In this document: piece by piece, positions 1 to 9,270 of the stretch
Position numbering within the stretch: the stretch's first letter is position 1
Layout of the letters: each line of letters opens with the position of its first letter
DNA from: Candidatus Berkelbacteria bacterium
GTDB lineage: Bacteria > Patescibacteriota > UBA1384 > XYA2-FULL-43-10 > CAINNR01
Reading direction: 5' to 3'
NCBI GenBank assembly: GCA_026397235.1
Contig: JAPLVG010000016.1
Span: 4,121 to 50,980 of the forward strand
Length of the DNA: 46,860 nt
Position numbers and translations under genes: made by a program
Notes under the pieces: generated by a model
Database searches by the model: none
Told to the model about the DNA's origin: nothing
Seen by the model: the letters and a program-made list of their open reading frames with translations, nothing else

Positions 1-220
1 GCGAGCGAAATTATATCACCGCCCACTGGGTCACCTTACGGAAGAAGCAAATGGAATCTTTTATTTTCCGCTTTATCACCCGGCAGCAGCTCTGCATAAT
101 GGTGCGATGCGTCAAACATTGTTAGACGATTTTGCCAAGTTGCCGGCAGCGATCAAAAAAGTTAAAGCTGAAATCGAAAAGAATAAGCGAAATTCTATCA
201 AACAAGAAAAATTATTTTAA
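1..220 (+). CDS. uracil-DNA glycosylase family 4, 3' end (partial)
   Basis: Frame 2 translates to ...FYFPLYHPAAALHNGAMRQTLLDDFAKL...EKLF*. YHPAAAL is the family-4 UDG motif B. Stop at 218-220. Confidence 0.75.
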   Translation, partial: RAKLYHRPLGHLTEEANGIFYFPLYHPAAALHNGAMRQTLLDDFAKLPAAIKKVKAEIEKNKRNSIKQEKLF

Positions 221-239
221 TAATAAAAGGTAGTGTATA

Positions 240-309
240 ACCACAAATCTACACCACAAATAATCACAGATGGATTCAATTTGTGAAAATTTGTGACAAA
301 AATCTGTGG
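240..309. repeat. CACAGA/TCTGTG triple-unit palindromic intergenic element (degenerate copy)
   Basis: Three CACA(A/G)A units followed by three T(T/C)TGTG units. Same layout at 5386, 6201, 11628 and 23872. Confidence 0.65.
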
Positions 310-341
310 CTAGCCACTACAATTGTTCTAAAAAGGAGAAA

Positions 342-2150
342 ATGATCACATCACAACGCACGCAGCGTCCACCACGTGGACCGAAAAAGACTGACCTGTC
401 CAAAACGTTTGGCAATTTAACGCCAAATGCCGGGGCAACAACGCAGCCACTACCAGGAACAACCGGAACTGGTTTCAAAAAACCGGCACTTCGAATTATC
501 CCAATGGGTGGTTTGGAAGAGGTTGGTAAAAATATGACCGCCATCGAATATGGCAACGACATCATGATTATTGATGCCGGTTTGATGTTCCCAAATGAAG
601 ATATGCCGGGAATCGACTATGTTATTCCTGATGTTTCTTATTTGGCTGATAACAAGAGTAAAATTCGTGGTTTAGTCATCACCCACGGGCATTTGGACCA
701 CACAGGTGCCATTCCTTATTTATATGAAAAACTAGGGAGCCCGATGATTTATTCGGCGCCAATGACAGTTGGACTAATTAAAAAACGGCTTGAAGAGTTT
801 AGTATGGAGAATAAGGTCAAAATTTCAACCATTATTCCTGGCGAAGAGACTTTGCAACTTGGCTGTTTCCGAATCGAAACTTTCCGCTTAAATCATAATA
901 TCCCTGATAGTTTTGGTCTTTCGATCACGACTCCGGAAGGAATTTTGGTTTACGCCACCGACTGGAAATTTGACCATACGCCGGCTGATGGCCGACCGAC
1001 TGATTTCTCAAAGTTAGCACAACTTGGCGGGCAGGGCGTTTTAGCCTTATTTTCCGACTCAACGAACGCTGAAAAGCCTGGCCACACGACGTCGGAAAAA
1101 GAGATTGAGGATTCACTTTTTAAACTAGTGGAAAATGCTCGCGGCCGGGTGATTATGGCAACATTTTCTTCACTTATTTCCCGTATTCAACAAATTCTAA
1201 ATGTTTCAAAAAGACTCAACCGCAAAGTAGCTTTTTCTGGCCGCTCGATGCTAGCTAACGTTGACGTTGCAGCTTCGATAGAAGCCTTGAAAATTCCACA
1301 AGACACTATGATTGATGTTGCTGACATTGGTAAATATCCTGACAATCGGGTTACTGTCGTTTGTACCGGTTCACAGGGTGAGGAGCGCTCAGCTCTGACC
1401 CGAATTGCCGCCGGCGAACATCGACAAATTAAAATTCAAAAAGGCGACACCGTTATTTTGTCATCATCTCCAATTCCGGGAAATGAACGCTCGGTTTCTG
1501 AAGTTATGGATAATTTGTATCGCGAGGGTGCAAGAGTCATCTACCAAAAAATGTTTGACGTTCACACCTCCGGTCACGCCTATCAGGAAGATTTAAAATT
1601 GATGATCGGTTTAATTAAACCAAAATTTTTCATCCCAATTCACGGTGAGCGCCATAAATTAATGGTTCACGCCGGTTTGGCTCAGGATGTTGGAATTTCG
1701 GAAGCTAACATTTTGGTATCCGACAATGGACAGATTATCGAATTTGAGGGCGGAAGGGGCTCAGTTACCAACAAACGAATTCCGGCCTCATATGTTATGG
1801 TTGATGGACTCGGAGTTGGAGACGTTGGCAACATTGTCCTTCGCGACCGAAAAGCCATGGCTGAGGATGGAATCTTTGTTGTCATTGTTACTGTTAATCA
1901 TGAAACTGGCCAAATTGTCACTTCGCCTGATATTATTTCTCGCGGTTTCATTTATATGCGGGAAAATGAAGACTTGGTTCACAAAGCCAGGGCGGAAATT
2001 AAACGACTCTTTGCCAAACATGCCACAGTTCCGAAAGGTCGCAGTGATTGGGGATTAATCAAAACCAAAATCCGCGAAGAGCTCGGTGACTTTCTCTATA
2101 AGGAGACTGAAAGACGTCCTATGGTCATCCCTGTCGTGATAGAAGTATGA
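342..2150 (+). CDS. rnj: ribonuclease J
   Basis: Motifs GGLEEVGKN, THGHLDHTGA, DSTNAE, GSQGE, HTSGH, PIHGE and C-terminal RRPMVIPVV. ATG at 342 follows AAGGAG. Confidence 0.97.
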   Translation: MITSQRTQRPPRGPKKTDLSKTFGNLTPNAGATTQPLPGTTGTGFKKPALRIIPMGGLEEVGKNMTAIEYGNDIMIIDAGLMFPNEDMPGIDYVIPDVSYLADNKSKIRGLVITHGHLDHTGAIPYLYEKLGSPMIYSAPMTVGLIKKRLEEFSMENKVKISTIIPGEETLQLGCFRIETFRLNHNIPDSFGLSITTPEGILVYATDWKFDHTPADGRPTDFSKLAQLGGQGVLALFSDSTNAEKPGHTTSEKEIEDSLFKLVENARGRVIMATFSSLISRIQQILNVSKRLNRKVAFSGRSMLANVDVAASIEALKIPQDTMIDVADIGKYPDNRVTVVCTGSQGEERSALTRIAAGEHRQIKIQKGDTVILSSSPIPGNERSVSEVMDNLYREGARVIYQKMFDVHTSGHAYQEDLKLMIGLIKPKFFIPIHGERHKLMVHAGLAQDVGISEANILVSDNGQIIEFEGGRGSVTNKRIPASYVMVDGLGVGDVGNIVLRDRKAMAEDGIFVVIVTVNHETGQIVTSPDIISRGFIYMRENEDLVHKARAEIKRLFAKHATVPKGRSDWGLIKTKIREELGDFLYKETERRPMVIPVVIEV

Positions 2151-2223
2151 GGCGGCCAATGGCCTGCCCCGCGTAGCTTTAGCGAAGTGGGGTTATTCCG
2201 GTAGTAATTGAGGTCTAATTTTA

Positions 2224-2306
2224 TTGTCATTGCGAGCCATTGAGTGGAGCGAAAGGCGCGGCAATCTCTAATGAAAAGATTGCTTCACTATCGTTCGCAA
2301 TGACAA
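2224..2306. repeat. REP-like palindrome GTCATTGCGA...GCAATCT/AGATTGC...TCGCAATGAC
   Basis: 12-bp terminal inverted repeat TTGTCATTGCGA/TCGCAATGACAA plus an inner GCAATCT/AGATTGC pair. Right-half copies near 22082-22113 and 25871-25911. Confidence 0.75.
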
Positions 2307-2320
2307 AACCAAAAAACCAT

Positions 2321-2358
2321 AAAAAAGAGCGGTCGGGGCATGTTGCCCGGCCGCTTTT
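2321..2358 (-). terminator. intrinsic terminator (possibly bidirectional)
   Basis: GC hairpin AGCGGTCGGG...CCCGGCCGCT flanked by A6 and T4, just 3' of the minus-strand ORF. Confidence 0.75.
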
Positions 2359-2374
2359 GTGTCCGCGGGGCCAG

Positions 2375-2992
2375 CTATGTTTCACTGACCCATATCTTGG
2401 TCTCTGTCCCCTCCTGATCGGTGGGCGTCCACACCGCGCCATCCATTGTAAGGCGGACAGGATTCCACTGGGGGTTTTTGTCCGTCTTCTGCATGACGAT
2501 GGTGATCTGCCTAATGTCGTTGGCTTGACGCTTTGGATGGCAGACGAAAGTGACGAGCTTGTTATGCTGGTCGGTGATGTCTGGGGTTGTGCTGACCCAT
2601 TCGTGATCAGCAGGGAGAAGCTGGTGCAGGCGTAGGAAATCCATTATCCATGTCTGGGCCGAAGCTTCCAGGTCGAGTGGAAGCAGCTTCCCAAAATGTT
2701 TGAGGCAGCCCGGCTCGATGCCCGGCGAGAGAATTGGATGACAGGGCCTGTGAAGACTCTCTCGGCGGATAGTCCCGATGGAGACTCCGCGTGGATAGCC
2801 GGGTAACATCGAAATCACGAAGTCGTCCGGAAGACACATGAAGCGGTGAATGGCGTTCTGGAGTGGTTCGAGTTCTGCCTTGTAGATGATCCAGAATTCC
2901 CCCTGGCGGTCAAGAATTGGGTCTCCTTGCCGGAGAGCGCAGCCATCTTCAGAAGCGACGTAACGGCCGGGCGGGTACAATTTCCTCGACAT
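2375..2992 (-). CDS. hypothetical protein (GC-rich ORFan, 205 aa)
   Basis: ORF with GAGGAGG RBS before ATG at 2992 and its own terminator. No recognisable motif. Confidence 0.65.
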   Translation of the reverse strand: MSRKLYPPGRYVASEDGCALRQGDPILDRQGEFWIIYKAELEPLQNAIHRFMCLPDDFVISMLPGYPRGVSIGTIRRESLHRPCHPILSPGIEPGCLKHFGKLLPLDLEASAQTWIMDFLRLHQLLPADHEWVSTTPDITDQHNKLVTFVCHPKRQANDIRQITIVMQKTDKNPQWNPVRLTMDGAVWTPTDQEGTETKIWVSET

Positions 2993-3156
2993 TTCAGGTT
3001 CCTCCTCAGGATTGCAACTGTTCGGGCTGTTCGGCACCCTATAGCTGATGATTCAGCAAATTAGATTTTAACAAATATCTTGCTTCTTGTCGAGATTATT
3101 TTGTGTTACAATAGTATCAAACTCAATAGGAGCCTAATTTCTCTGTTGGAGGGATC

Positions 3157-5373
3157 GTGGGAAGAAAACGAAAATATCCAAAACATAAACAAAAATCTCC
3201 ACTATGGTGGCAGAAGGAAGATGAGTGGGGTAATTTTGTATTTGATTGGACACTAGGTCTTGGGCCCGATACTTGGCGGGAGATTTTTGCTGTTGGTTTA
3301 ATGATTTTTGCCATTATTTCATTTATGGGAATCTTCGGCGCTGCTGGCGGGATGGGTGAGAAATTAAAAATTCTCGATTACAAACTTTTTGGTACAATGG
3401 TCGGTTATTTGGTTCCGATCGCGCTCTTCTGGTTGGGTGCTATTATTCTCTTTCCGCCAAAAGGTGGGGTTAAGTTAGCCCGTTTTGTCGGAATCGTATT
3501 ATTTTTTATCTTTTTTCCAGCACTGATTCATCTCTTTATCCCGGCAGCTGATGCCAAAACAGCCGCGCTAAATGGAGAAGGCGGAGGACTTTTTGGTTTT
3601 ATGGTTTCTAAACCGCTCCGAGGATCATTGGGAATATTTCCGGCATTTATTGTTTTAATTGCCGTCGCCTTGGTCTCGGTTATGATTACCTTCAATTTAT
3701 CCTTATCAAAAATCTTCGGACTTAAAACTGATGGCCGTCGTGATGACGAAGAAGCAGCGGTTCCAAGTGGTGTCAAAGTTCACCGCCAGGGACAAGAAGA
3801 AGAACTTAATCCAAAGCAACCGGGTTTTGCTGAGCGATTTCGTCGGTTTTTATCCCGCCGACCGAAAATTGAAGAAGTACCGCGGGCTCCGGTAATCGAA
3901 TCTGCTCCAAGGTCAGCAGTTAAGACCAATGCAGGCAGGGTTTGGGAGTTTCCAACTTACGACATCCTGCTTGAGTCAAACGATGTGGCAAAATCTGGTG
4001 ACATCGGAAAAAATGTTGAGACGATCAAGAAATGTTTTCAGAGTTTCGGTATTGAGGTCAAAATGCAGGATGTTAATGTCGGGCCGACAGTTACTCAATA
4101 TACTTTACGGCCGAACGAGGGTGTTAAATTAAATCAAATTACTACTCGTGGCACTGATATTGCTCTAGCTCTGGCGGCAAAAAGTTTGCGTGTTGAGGCG
4201 CCGATTCCGGGTAAATCGGCTGTTGGTATTGAAGTACCGAATCTTGTTGCGGCAAAAGTTACACTGAAAGAAGTTATGGCATCGCCACAATTTAAAGCTG
4301 AAAAAAGTAAGTTGGCAATCGCACTCGGTCGTGACGTTGCTGGCGCTCCGGTTGCTATCGACTTGGAAAAAATGCCGCACTTGATGATCGCCGGCGCCAC
4401 CGGTTCCGGTAAATCTATCTGCATTAATTCAATTATCACAAATTTTCTTTTTCACAATTCGCCCGAAGATCTAAAAATAATTCTCATCGATCCGAAGCGG
4501 GTAGAATTGACTAATTATAATGGTATCCCTCATCTATATACGCCGGTGGTGACCGAGGTTGATAAAACTGTTTCGGCCTTAAAGTGGACAGTTTATGAAA
4601 TGGAACGCAGGTATAAAATCTTTTCTGAGCAAGGGAAGCGGAATGTTGTTGCCTATAATGAATCACCCGGACCGGATGGGAAACTGCCCTATATTGTCGT
4701 TGTTATTGATGAGTTGGCTGATTTAATGGCGGTTTATGCTAATGAAGTTGAGGCGTCCATTGTCCGTATCGCTCAAATGGCCCGGGCTACCGGTATCCAT
4801 CTCATTGTTGCCACCCAGCGGCCTTCTGTTGACGTTCTTACCGGCTTAATTAAAGCTAACATCACTTCGCGAATTGCCTTTGCCACCGCATCGCAAATTG
4901 ATTCGCGAACGATTCTTGACATGGCTGGCGCTGAGAAGCTTTTGGGAAATGGCGATATGTTATTTATCGGCAACGGTCTCGCCAAGCCGCGGCGTATTCA
5001 GGGCTGTTTTGTTTCAGATAAAGAAATAAATGAATTAGTCAATTTCTTGAAAAAACAGGGTGAGGCGGAATACGATGAAAATATCGTTTCTTTCCGGCCG
5101 GCAAAAGCCATTGGCGGTCGCGATGCCGGTGGTTCCATTGACGATGATTTATATGAAGAAGCCATTGCCGTTGTGACAAATTCCGGTCAGGCCTCTGCAT
5201 CGCTCTTGCAGCGTCGGTTACGCGTTGGCTATGCTAGAGCCGCACGGTTATTGGATATTATGGAACAAGAAGGCGTTGTCGGTCCATCCAATGGTGCCAA
5301 GCCGCGGGATATTCTTATCAGCACGGACCAATCGGCGGGCAATAATGATAATCAATTTCCACAGGGTTATTAG
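3157..5373 (+). CDS. ftsK: DNA translocase FtsK/SpoIIIE
   Basis: N-terminal 4TM region, PHLMIAGATGSGKS Walker A, VVVIDELADLM Walker B, ATQRPS, gamma domain SASLLQRRLRVGYARAARLLD. Confidence 0.97.
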   Translation: MGRKRKYPKHKQKSPLWWQKEDEWGNFVFDWTLGLGPDTWREIFAVGLMIFAIISFMGIFGAAGGMGEKLKILDYKLFGTMVGYLVPIALFWLGAIILFPPKGGVKLARFVGIVLFFIFFPALIHLFIPAADAKTAALNGEGGGLFGFMVSKPLRGSLGIFPAFIVLIAVALVSVMITFNLSLSKIFGLKTDGRRDDEEAAVPSGVKVHRQGQEEELNPKQPGFAERFRRFLSRRPKIEEVPRAPVIESAPRSAVKTNAGRVWEFPTYDILLESNDVAKSGDIGKNVETIKKCFQSFGIEVKMQDVNVGPTVTQYTLRPNEGVKLNQITTRGTDIALALAAKSLRVEAPIPGKSAVGIEVPNLVAAKVTLKEVMASPQFKAEKSKLAIALGRDVAGAPVAIDLEKMPHLMIAGATGSGKSICINSIITNFLFHNSPEDLKIILIDPKRVELTNYNGIPHLYTPVVTEVDKTVSALKWTVYEMERRYKIFSEQGKRNVVAYNESPGPDGKLPYIVVVIDELADLMAVYANEVEASIVRIAQMARATGIHLIVATQRPSVDVLTGLIKANITSRIAFATASQIDSRTILDMAGAEKLLGNGDMLFIGNGLAKPRRIQGCFVSDKEINELVNFLKKQGEAEYDENIVSFRPAKAIGGRDAGGSIDDDLYEEAIAVVTNSGQASASLLQRRLRVGYARAARLLDIMEQEGVVGPSNGAKPRDILISTDQSAGNNDNQFPQGY

Positions 5374-5385
5374 ACTCATCAAATG

Positions 5386-5464
5386 GAAGAAACTACACAG
5401 ACAATTACACAGAATAAACACGGAATTTTTTCAGTGTATCTTCTGTGTCAAAAATCTGTGTGGT
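5386..5464. repeat. CACAGA/TCTGTG palindromic intergenic element
   Basis: Three CAC(A/G)GA units then three TC(A/T)GTG units. First 36 bp are identical to 11628-11663. Confidence 0.8.
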
Positions 5465-5498
5465 CAACTCCAATATTAAATTTTTAACTCTGTTAAAA

Positions 5499-6194
5499 AT
5501 GGTTGCTGCCGGATTTAAGCTTCGAAAAATTAGAACAGTTCACACACTTGGTGAAAAACTCCGCCGTGCTCGAAAGAGGAAGGGAGTTGATTTAATTGAA
5601 GCTGAACTTTCAACAAAAGTTAGAGCAAAATATCTTGAGGCACTAGAAAATGAAGATTTTGATCTTTTGCCCAACGATATTTATACAAAGGGATTTCTTA
5701 CTACCTATGCTGAGTATCTTGGTCTTGAAAGTAAAAAAATTGTTAACCTTTGGGAACAACAAACTTTGTTAAAAAATAAGACAGTTGATGATGATTTTCG
5801 GACGAATAAAACATTAAAAGAAAAAGCCTTTGTTATTACTCCTAGAATAATTGCCTTGTTCATTGGCGCAGTTTTTTGTTTATCTGCGGTAATTTATATT
5901 ATCTTTCAAGTGATTAGTTTTGCTTCAGTCCCTAAATTAGCAATCGATTCTCCGAGCAAAGATATGGTTGTTGAAACAGACCAGGTTTTAGTTTCCGGTA
6001 AAACCGATGCCGGAGTTAATTTGGCTGTCAATAAAGAACCAATTATCGTTGGTTCCGACGGACGATTCGGACAGTATATTGCCTTGCAAAACGGGATAAA
6101 TACAATAGTCATTACAGCCACTAACAAGGCCAATAAAGAAGACAGCAAGGTTTTTGTTGTTGAGCGAAAGTCGAAGACGGCAGAAGCAAAATAG
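5499..6194 (+). CDS. RodZ-like helix-turn-helix membrane protein with C-terminal Ig-like domain
   Basis: TLGEKLRRARKRKG...YLEALENEDFDLLPNDIYTKGFLTTYAEYLGL (HTH_25 pattern), one TM helix, beta-rich tail; located next to ftsK. Confidence 0.85.
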   Translation: MVAAGFKLRKIRTVHTLGEKLRRARKRKGVDLIEAELSTKVRAKYLEALENEDFDLLPNDIYTKGFLTTYAEYLGLESKKIVNLWEQQTLLKNKTVDDDFRTNKTLKEKAFVITPRIIALFIGAVFCLSAVIYIIFQVISFASVPKLAIDSPSKDMVVETDQVLVSGKTDAGVNLAVNKEPIIVGSDGRFGQYIALQNGINTIVITATNKANKEDSKVFVVERKSKTAEAK

Positions 6195-6200
6195 ATTGAT

Positions 6201-6282
6201 GAAACCACACAGATATTTACACAGAAAAAGCACAGAAAAAACGGTTCTGTGTCCAGTCTGTGTCATAAATCTGTGTAGTTTC
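6201..6282. repeat. CACAGA/TCTGTG palindromic intergenic element
   Basis: GAAACCACACAGA..ACACAGA..GCACAGA / TCTGTGT..TCTGTGT..TCTGTGTAGTTTC. Confidence 0.8.
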
Positions 6283-6304
6283 TGCCTAATAAACAAGGAG
6301 TATC

Positions 6305-7366
6305 ATGCCCAAAAAACTGAGTGATGAACAAAAGACTGAAAAAGAAGTCTCAAAAACAAAAACTGAAAAAGCAAATATTCGCAGTGCTAAAAATGCGGCA
6401 CTTGATGTTGCTTTGGCTTCAATTGAAAAACAGTTTGGCAAGGGCTCGATTATGAAATATGGTGCCGACAGCAAAATGGATGTCGATGTCATCTCAACTG
6501 GCTCATTTGCGCTAGATCTAGCGTTGGGTGTTGGCGGCCTGCCACGTGGCCGGGTAATTGAAATCTACGGTCCGGAAGCCTCCGGCAAAACCACCTTGGC
6601 AATTCACGTCGTTTCCGAGGCGCAAAAATTGGGCGGTTTGGCGGCCTTTATCGATGCAGAGCATGCCTTTGATCCTGAGTATGCCAAGAGAATCGGCGTT
6701 AATTTGGATGACTTACTTATCTCACAACCGGATACCGGCGAACAAGCGCTGGAAATCTGCGAAACTCTTGTAAGGTCAAACGCCGTTGATGTCATAGTCA
6801 TTGATTCGGTGGCCGCACTTGTTCCACGAGCAGAAATTGAAGGTGAAATGGGTGAAGCTCAAATGGGACTCCAGGCGCGTTTAATGTCGCAAGCGCTGCG
6901 AAAACTGACCGGCGTTATTTCCAAATCAAAAACCATGGTTATCTTCATTAACCAAATTCGAATGAAAATCGGTGTGATGTTCGGCAATCCGGAAACGACA
7001 ACCGGTGGAAATGCATTAAAATTCTATGCCTCTGTTCGATTGGAGATTCGTCGTAAAGCGACATTGAAAAGAGGCGAGGAAAATGTTGGTAATCATGTCG
7101 GTGTTAAAAAAAAAAAAAATAAAGTTGCGCCACCGTTCAAAACTGCCGAATTCGATATTATGTTCGGTCAAGGAATTGATAAGGAAGGCGAAATTATCGA
7201 CTTAGGTGTCGCTGATGATATTGTTGAAAAAGCTGGTGCCTGGCTTTCCTACAACGGTGAAAAAATCGGTCAAGGCAAAGAGGGCGCCAGAGCGTTTCTG
7301 AAGGAAAATCCAAAAATCACCGCTGAAATCAAAGCCAAAATTATCGAAAAATCTAAAGAAGAATAA
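6305..7366 (+). CDS. recA: recombinase RecA
   Basis: [47 protein letters not shown]. Confidence 0.99.
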   Translation: MPKKLSDEQKTEKEVSKTKTEKANIRSAKNAALDVALASIEKQFGKGSIMKYGADSKMDVDVISTGSFALDLALGVGGLPRGRVIEIYGPEASGKTTLAIHVVSEAQKLGGLAAFIDAEHAFDPEYAKRIGVNLDDLLISQPDTGEQALEICETLVRSNAVDVIVIDSVAALVPRAEIEGEMGEAQMGLQARLMSQALRKLTGVISKSKTMVIFINQIRMKIGVMFGNPETTTGGNALKFYASVRLEIRRKATLKRGEENVGNHVGVKKKKNKVAPPFKTAEFDIMFGQGIDKEGEIIDLGVADDIVEKAGAWLSYNGEKIGQGKEGARAFLKENPKITAEIKAKIIEKSKEE

Positions 7367-7379
7367 ATGCCTCCTGTAA

Positions 7380-7412
7380 TAAAAAAGAGAGACCTGCTGT
7401 CGGCGGGTCTCT
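7380..7412. terminator. intrinsic terminator between convergent recA and the ORFan
   Basis: A-tract plus hairpin AGAGACCTGC-TGTCG-GCGGGTCTCT. Confidence 0.7.
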
Positions 7413-7441
7413 TGCGGTTGGTTGATACTGTTAGTGCTGTT

Positions 7442-7789
7442 TCAAAGCTCAGCGCGATGACGTGCTTCTTCGCTCGTACCATAACCGAGGGCGTCGGCCA
7501 GACCGGCTGCGATCAGTACGATCGCCTCATTAAGCGTTTCGTCGTCTTCTGGCAGATCCAAGCCGTCGACCATGGCCTTGGCGCAACTCTTCGTGAGGTC
7601 GTCGATCTCCTCAGGGTCGACGGCTGAGACATCCGGATTAGTAACATGTTCACGCAGGTTTAGCAGCGCCTGCAGCCTCAGTGCCGCATCTGCTAAGATG
7701 CCAGGGTGATCCACCGGATTACCACCCAGTGCCCTTACTAACTGGACAAAAATCGGCATAGCACCGCGAAAGTGGTCCAAGGCAATCAT
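7442..7789 (-). CDS. hypothetical protein (GC-rich ORFan)
   Basis: 115-aa ORF with upstream TTTACA-17-TACTAT promoter-like sequence and downstream terminator. Confidence 0.55.
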   Translation of the reverse strand: MIALDHFRGAMPIFVQLVRALGGNPVDHPGILADAALRLQALLNLREHVTNPDVSAVDPEEIDDLTKSCAKAMVDGLDLPEDDETLNEAIVLIAAGLADALGYGTSEEARHRAEL

Positions 7790-7856
7790 CTCCCATAGTT
7801 AGACTGAATTGATAGTATCAACAATAAATACAAATGTAAACTGCTATTATTAACTC

Positions 7857-7952
7857 ATGAAAAAGAAATTAAAAATCCTCGAATATGCGTTTTGGCTTTT
7901 GAAATTGTTCAACGATATTTTTCGATCAGGTGATATAATTTGTTTATGTTAG
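7857..7952 (+). pseudogene. truncated second copy of the recX 5' end
   Basis: MKKKLKILEYAFWLLKL vs MKKLKILEYAFYLLEL at 8692 (13/15 identical). Preceded by TGCTATTAT extended -10. Confidence 0.75.
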
Positions 7953-8572
7953 TTTTTATTGACGATTCTGGTGATCCGGGGTTCAAAGTTGGCAAGGGGT
8001 CAAGCTGTGCTTTTGTAATTTGTTGCGTTATTTTTGATGATGAATTAGAAGCCGAAAAAACAGCTGTTTGTATTAAGGAGTTAAAGAGAGAATTGAAGAA
8101 AAATGATAAATATGAGTTTAAATTTAATAAAAGTTCAAAAGGATATCGCTTAAAATTTCTTTCTGCAATTAAGAAATTTAACTTTCGAATCAGGGCGATC
8201 ATTATGACAAAAGAAGTTATTTATAGTGATGAACTAAAGAATAATAAAACTTCATTTTATAACTACACAATAAAGACTGTCCTTAAACACAGTTCCGGTA
8301 AAATTAAAAATGCCAAAATTCGTCTTGATGGTCATGGCGACAGGGTATTTCGCCGGGAACTTTTAGCTTATTTACGCCGGAGTCTAAATGATGTTGATAA
8401 AAAGATGATAAAGAATTTACGATTTAGAGATTCAGGTCGAGATGTTTTGATACAACTTGCTGATATGGTTGCTGGGTCGATTAATAGAACTTCACAAAAA
8501 GACAAAACAGATCAGAACGACTATTGGAATGTGATAAAAAGTAAAAGCGAAAATTTATGGAGATTTAAATAA
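7946..8572 (+). CDS. DUF3800 domain protein (RNase H-like fold)
   Basis: N-terminal VFIDDSGD, EFKF and C-terminal DS..DVLIQLADMVAG motifs. TGATATAAT lies 6 nt before the ATG. Confidence 0.85.
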   Translation: MLVFIDDSGDPGFKVGKGSSCAFVICCVIFDDELEAEKTAVCIKELKRELKKNDKYEFKFNKSSKGYRLKFLSAIKKFNFRIRAIIMTKEVIYSDELKNNKTSFYNYTIKTVLKHSSGKIKNAKIRLDGHGDRVFRRELLAYLRRSLNDVDKKMIKNLRFRDSGRDVLIQLADMVAGSINRTSQKDKTDQNDYWNVIKSKSENLWRFK

Positions 8573-8646
8573 AAACGATCCACTTCCTAGCTCGGTTGTC
8601 CCGAGCACGCCACCATACGGTGACAGTTTGGAAAGTGGATCTTTGT
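8571..8646 (-). ncRNA. structured small RNA convergent with DUF3800 (DUF3800-associated RNA-like)
   Basis: Closing stem GATCCACTT/AAGTGGATC encloses two hairpins. One hairpin pair is G-U on the minus strand but a C-A mismatch on plus. Own promoter upstream and U-tract downstream. Confidence 0.7.
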
Positions 8647-8652
8647 AACTTT

Positions 8653-8681
8653 AGTATAAATCTTTGAAAATTGTATGTCAA
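8653..8681 (-). promoter_or_regulatory. sigma70 promoter of the sRNA
   Basis: Minus strand TTGACA (8681-8676), 17 nt, TATACT (8658-8653). Confidence 0.8.
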
Positions 8682-8691
8682 TGGGTCAATT

Positions 8692-9138
8692 ATGAAGAAA
8701 CTAAAAATCCTGGAATATGCTTTTTATCTTTTAGAATTGCGTGATCGATCAATTGGTGAAATGGAGGAAAAGTTTCGCCGGAAGGAGTTTGATCCGAAGG
8801 AAATAGCCGAGACGATGAAATTTCTTATCGATAAAAATTTTTTGGATGATGAAAAGTTTGCAGCCAATTTTGTCCGATTCAAGAAGTCGATTAAACCAGT
8901 CGGCAAGTATTATCTCCAGCAAAAATTAGTAGCGAAAAAAATACCAAAGGAAATAATCGAAAAAACACTGGCGGAAAACATTGACGAAGCATCAGAAATT
9001 GCCGAATTAGCTGATCGCTGGCTGACTAAAAACACCAAAGTTCCGAAAGAAAAAATCTACCAAAAACTCACGCGGCATTTATTATCTCGCGGCTTTGAGT
9101 GGGAGAAAGTTCGCGAAGTAATTGCCGAGAAATTGTGA
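8692..9138 (+). CDS. recX: regulatory protein RecX
   Basis: AFYLLELRDRSIGEM, FLDDEKFA, KLTRHLLSRGF; downstream of recA. Confidence 0.9.
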   Translation: MKKLKILEYAFYLLELRDRSIGEMEEKFRRKEFDPKEIAETMKFLIDKNFLDDEKFAANFVRFKKSIKPVGKYYLQQKLVAKKIPKEIIEKTLAENIDEASEIAELADRWLTKNTKVPKEKIYQKLTRHLLSRGFEWEKVREVIAEKL

Positions 9139-9156
9139 TAAAATAGTTAATGAAAA

Positions 9157-9223
9157 GCCCTCCTACGCTCAGGTTCGTCTCGAGGACTACGACCTCGCAG
9201 CCGAAACTTCGCTTCGGAAGGGC
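9157..9223. repeat. nested REP-like palindrome
   Basis: Outer GCCCTCC/GGAAGGGC with CTACGCT..GCTTCGG; inner CGAGG/CCTCG hairpin. Confidence 0.5.
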
Positions 9224-9270
9224 GCGACAAAATACTATTCAATTAAATTAATGAAGTCGCGGAGGGGCGT

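Noticed and set aside
7946-8646. Retron
   Set aside because: DUF3800 can accompany retrons, but there is no reverse transcriptase in the window and the RNA is short, convergent and downstream.
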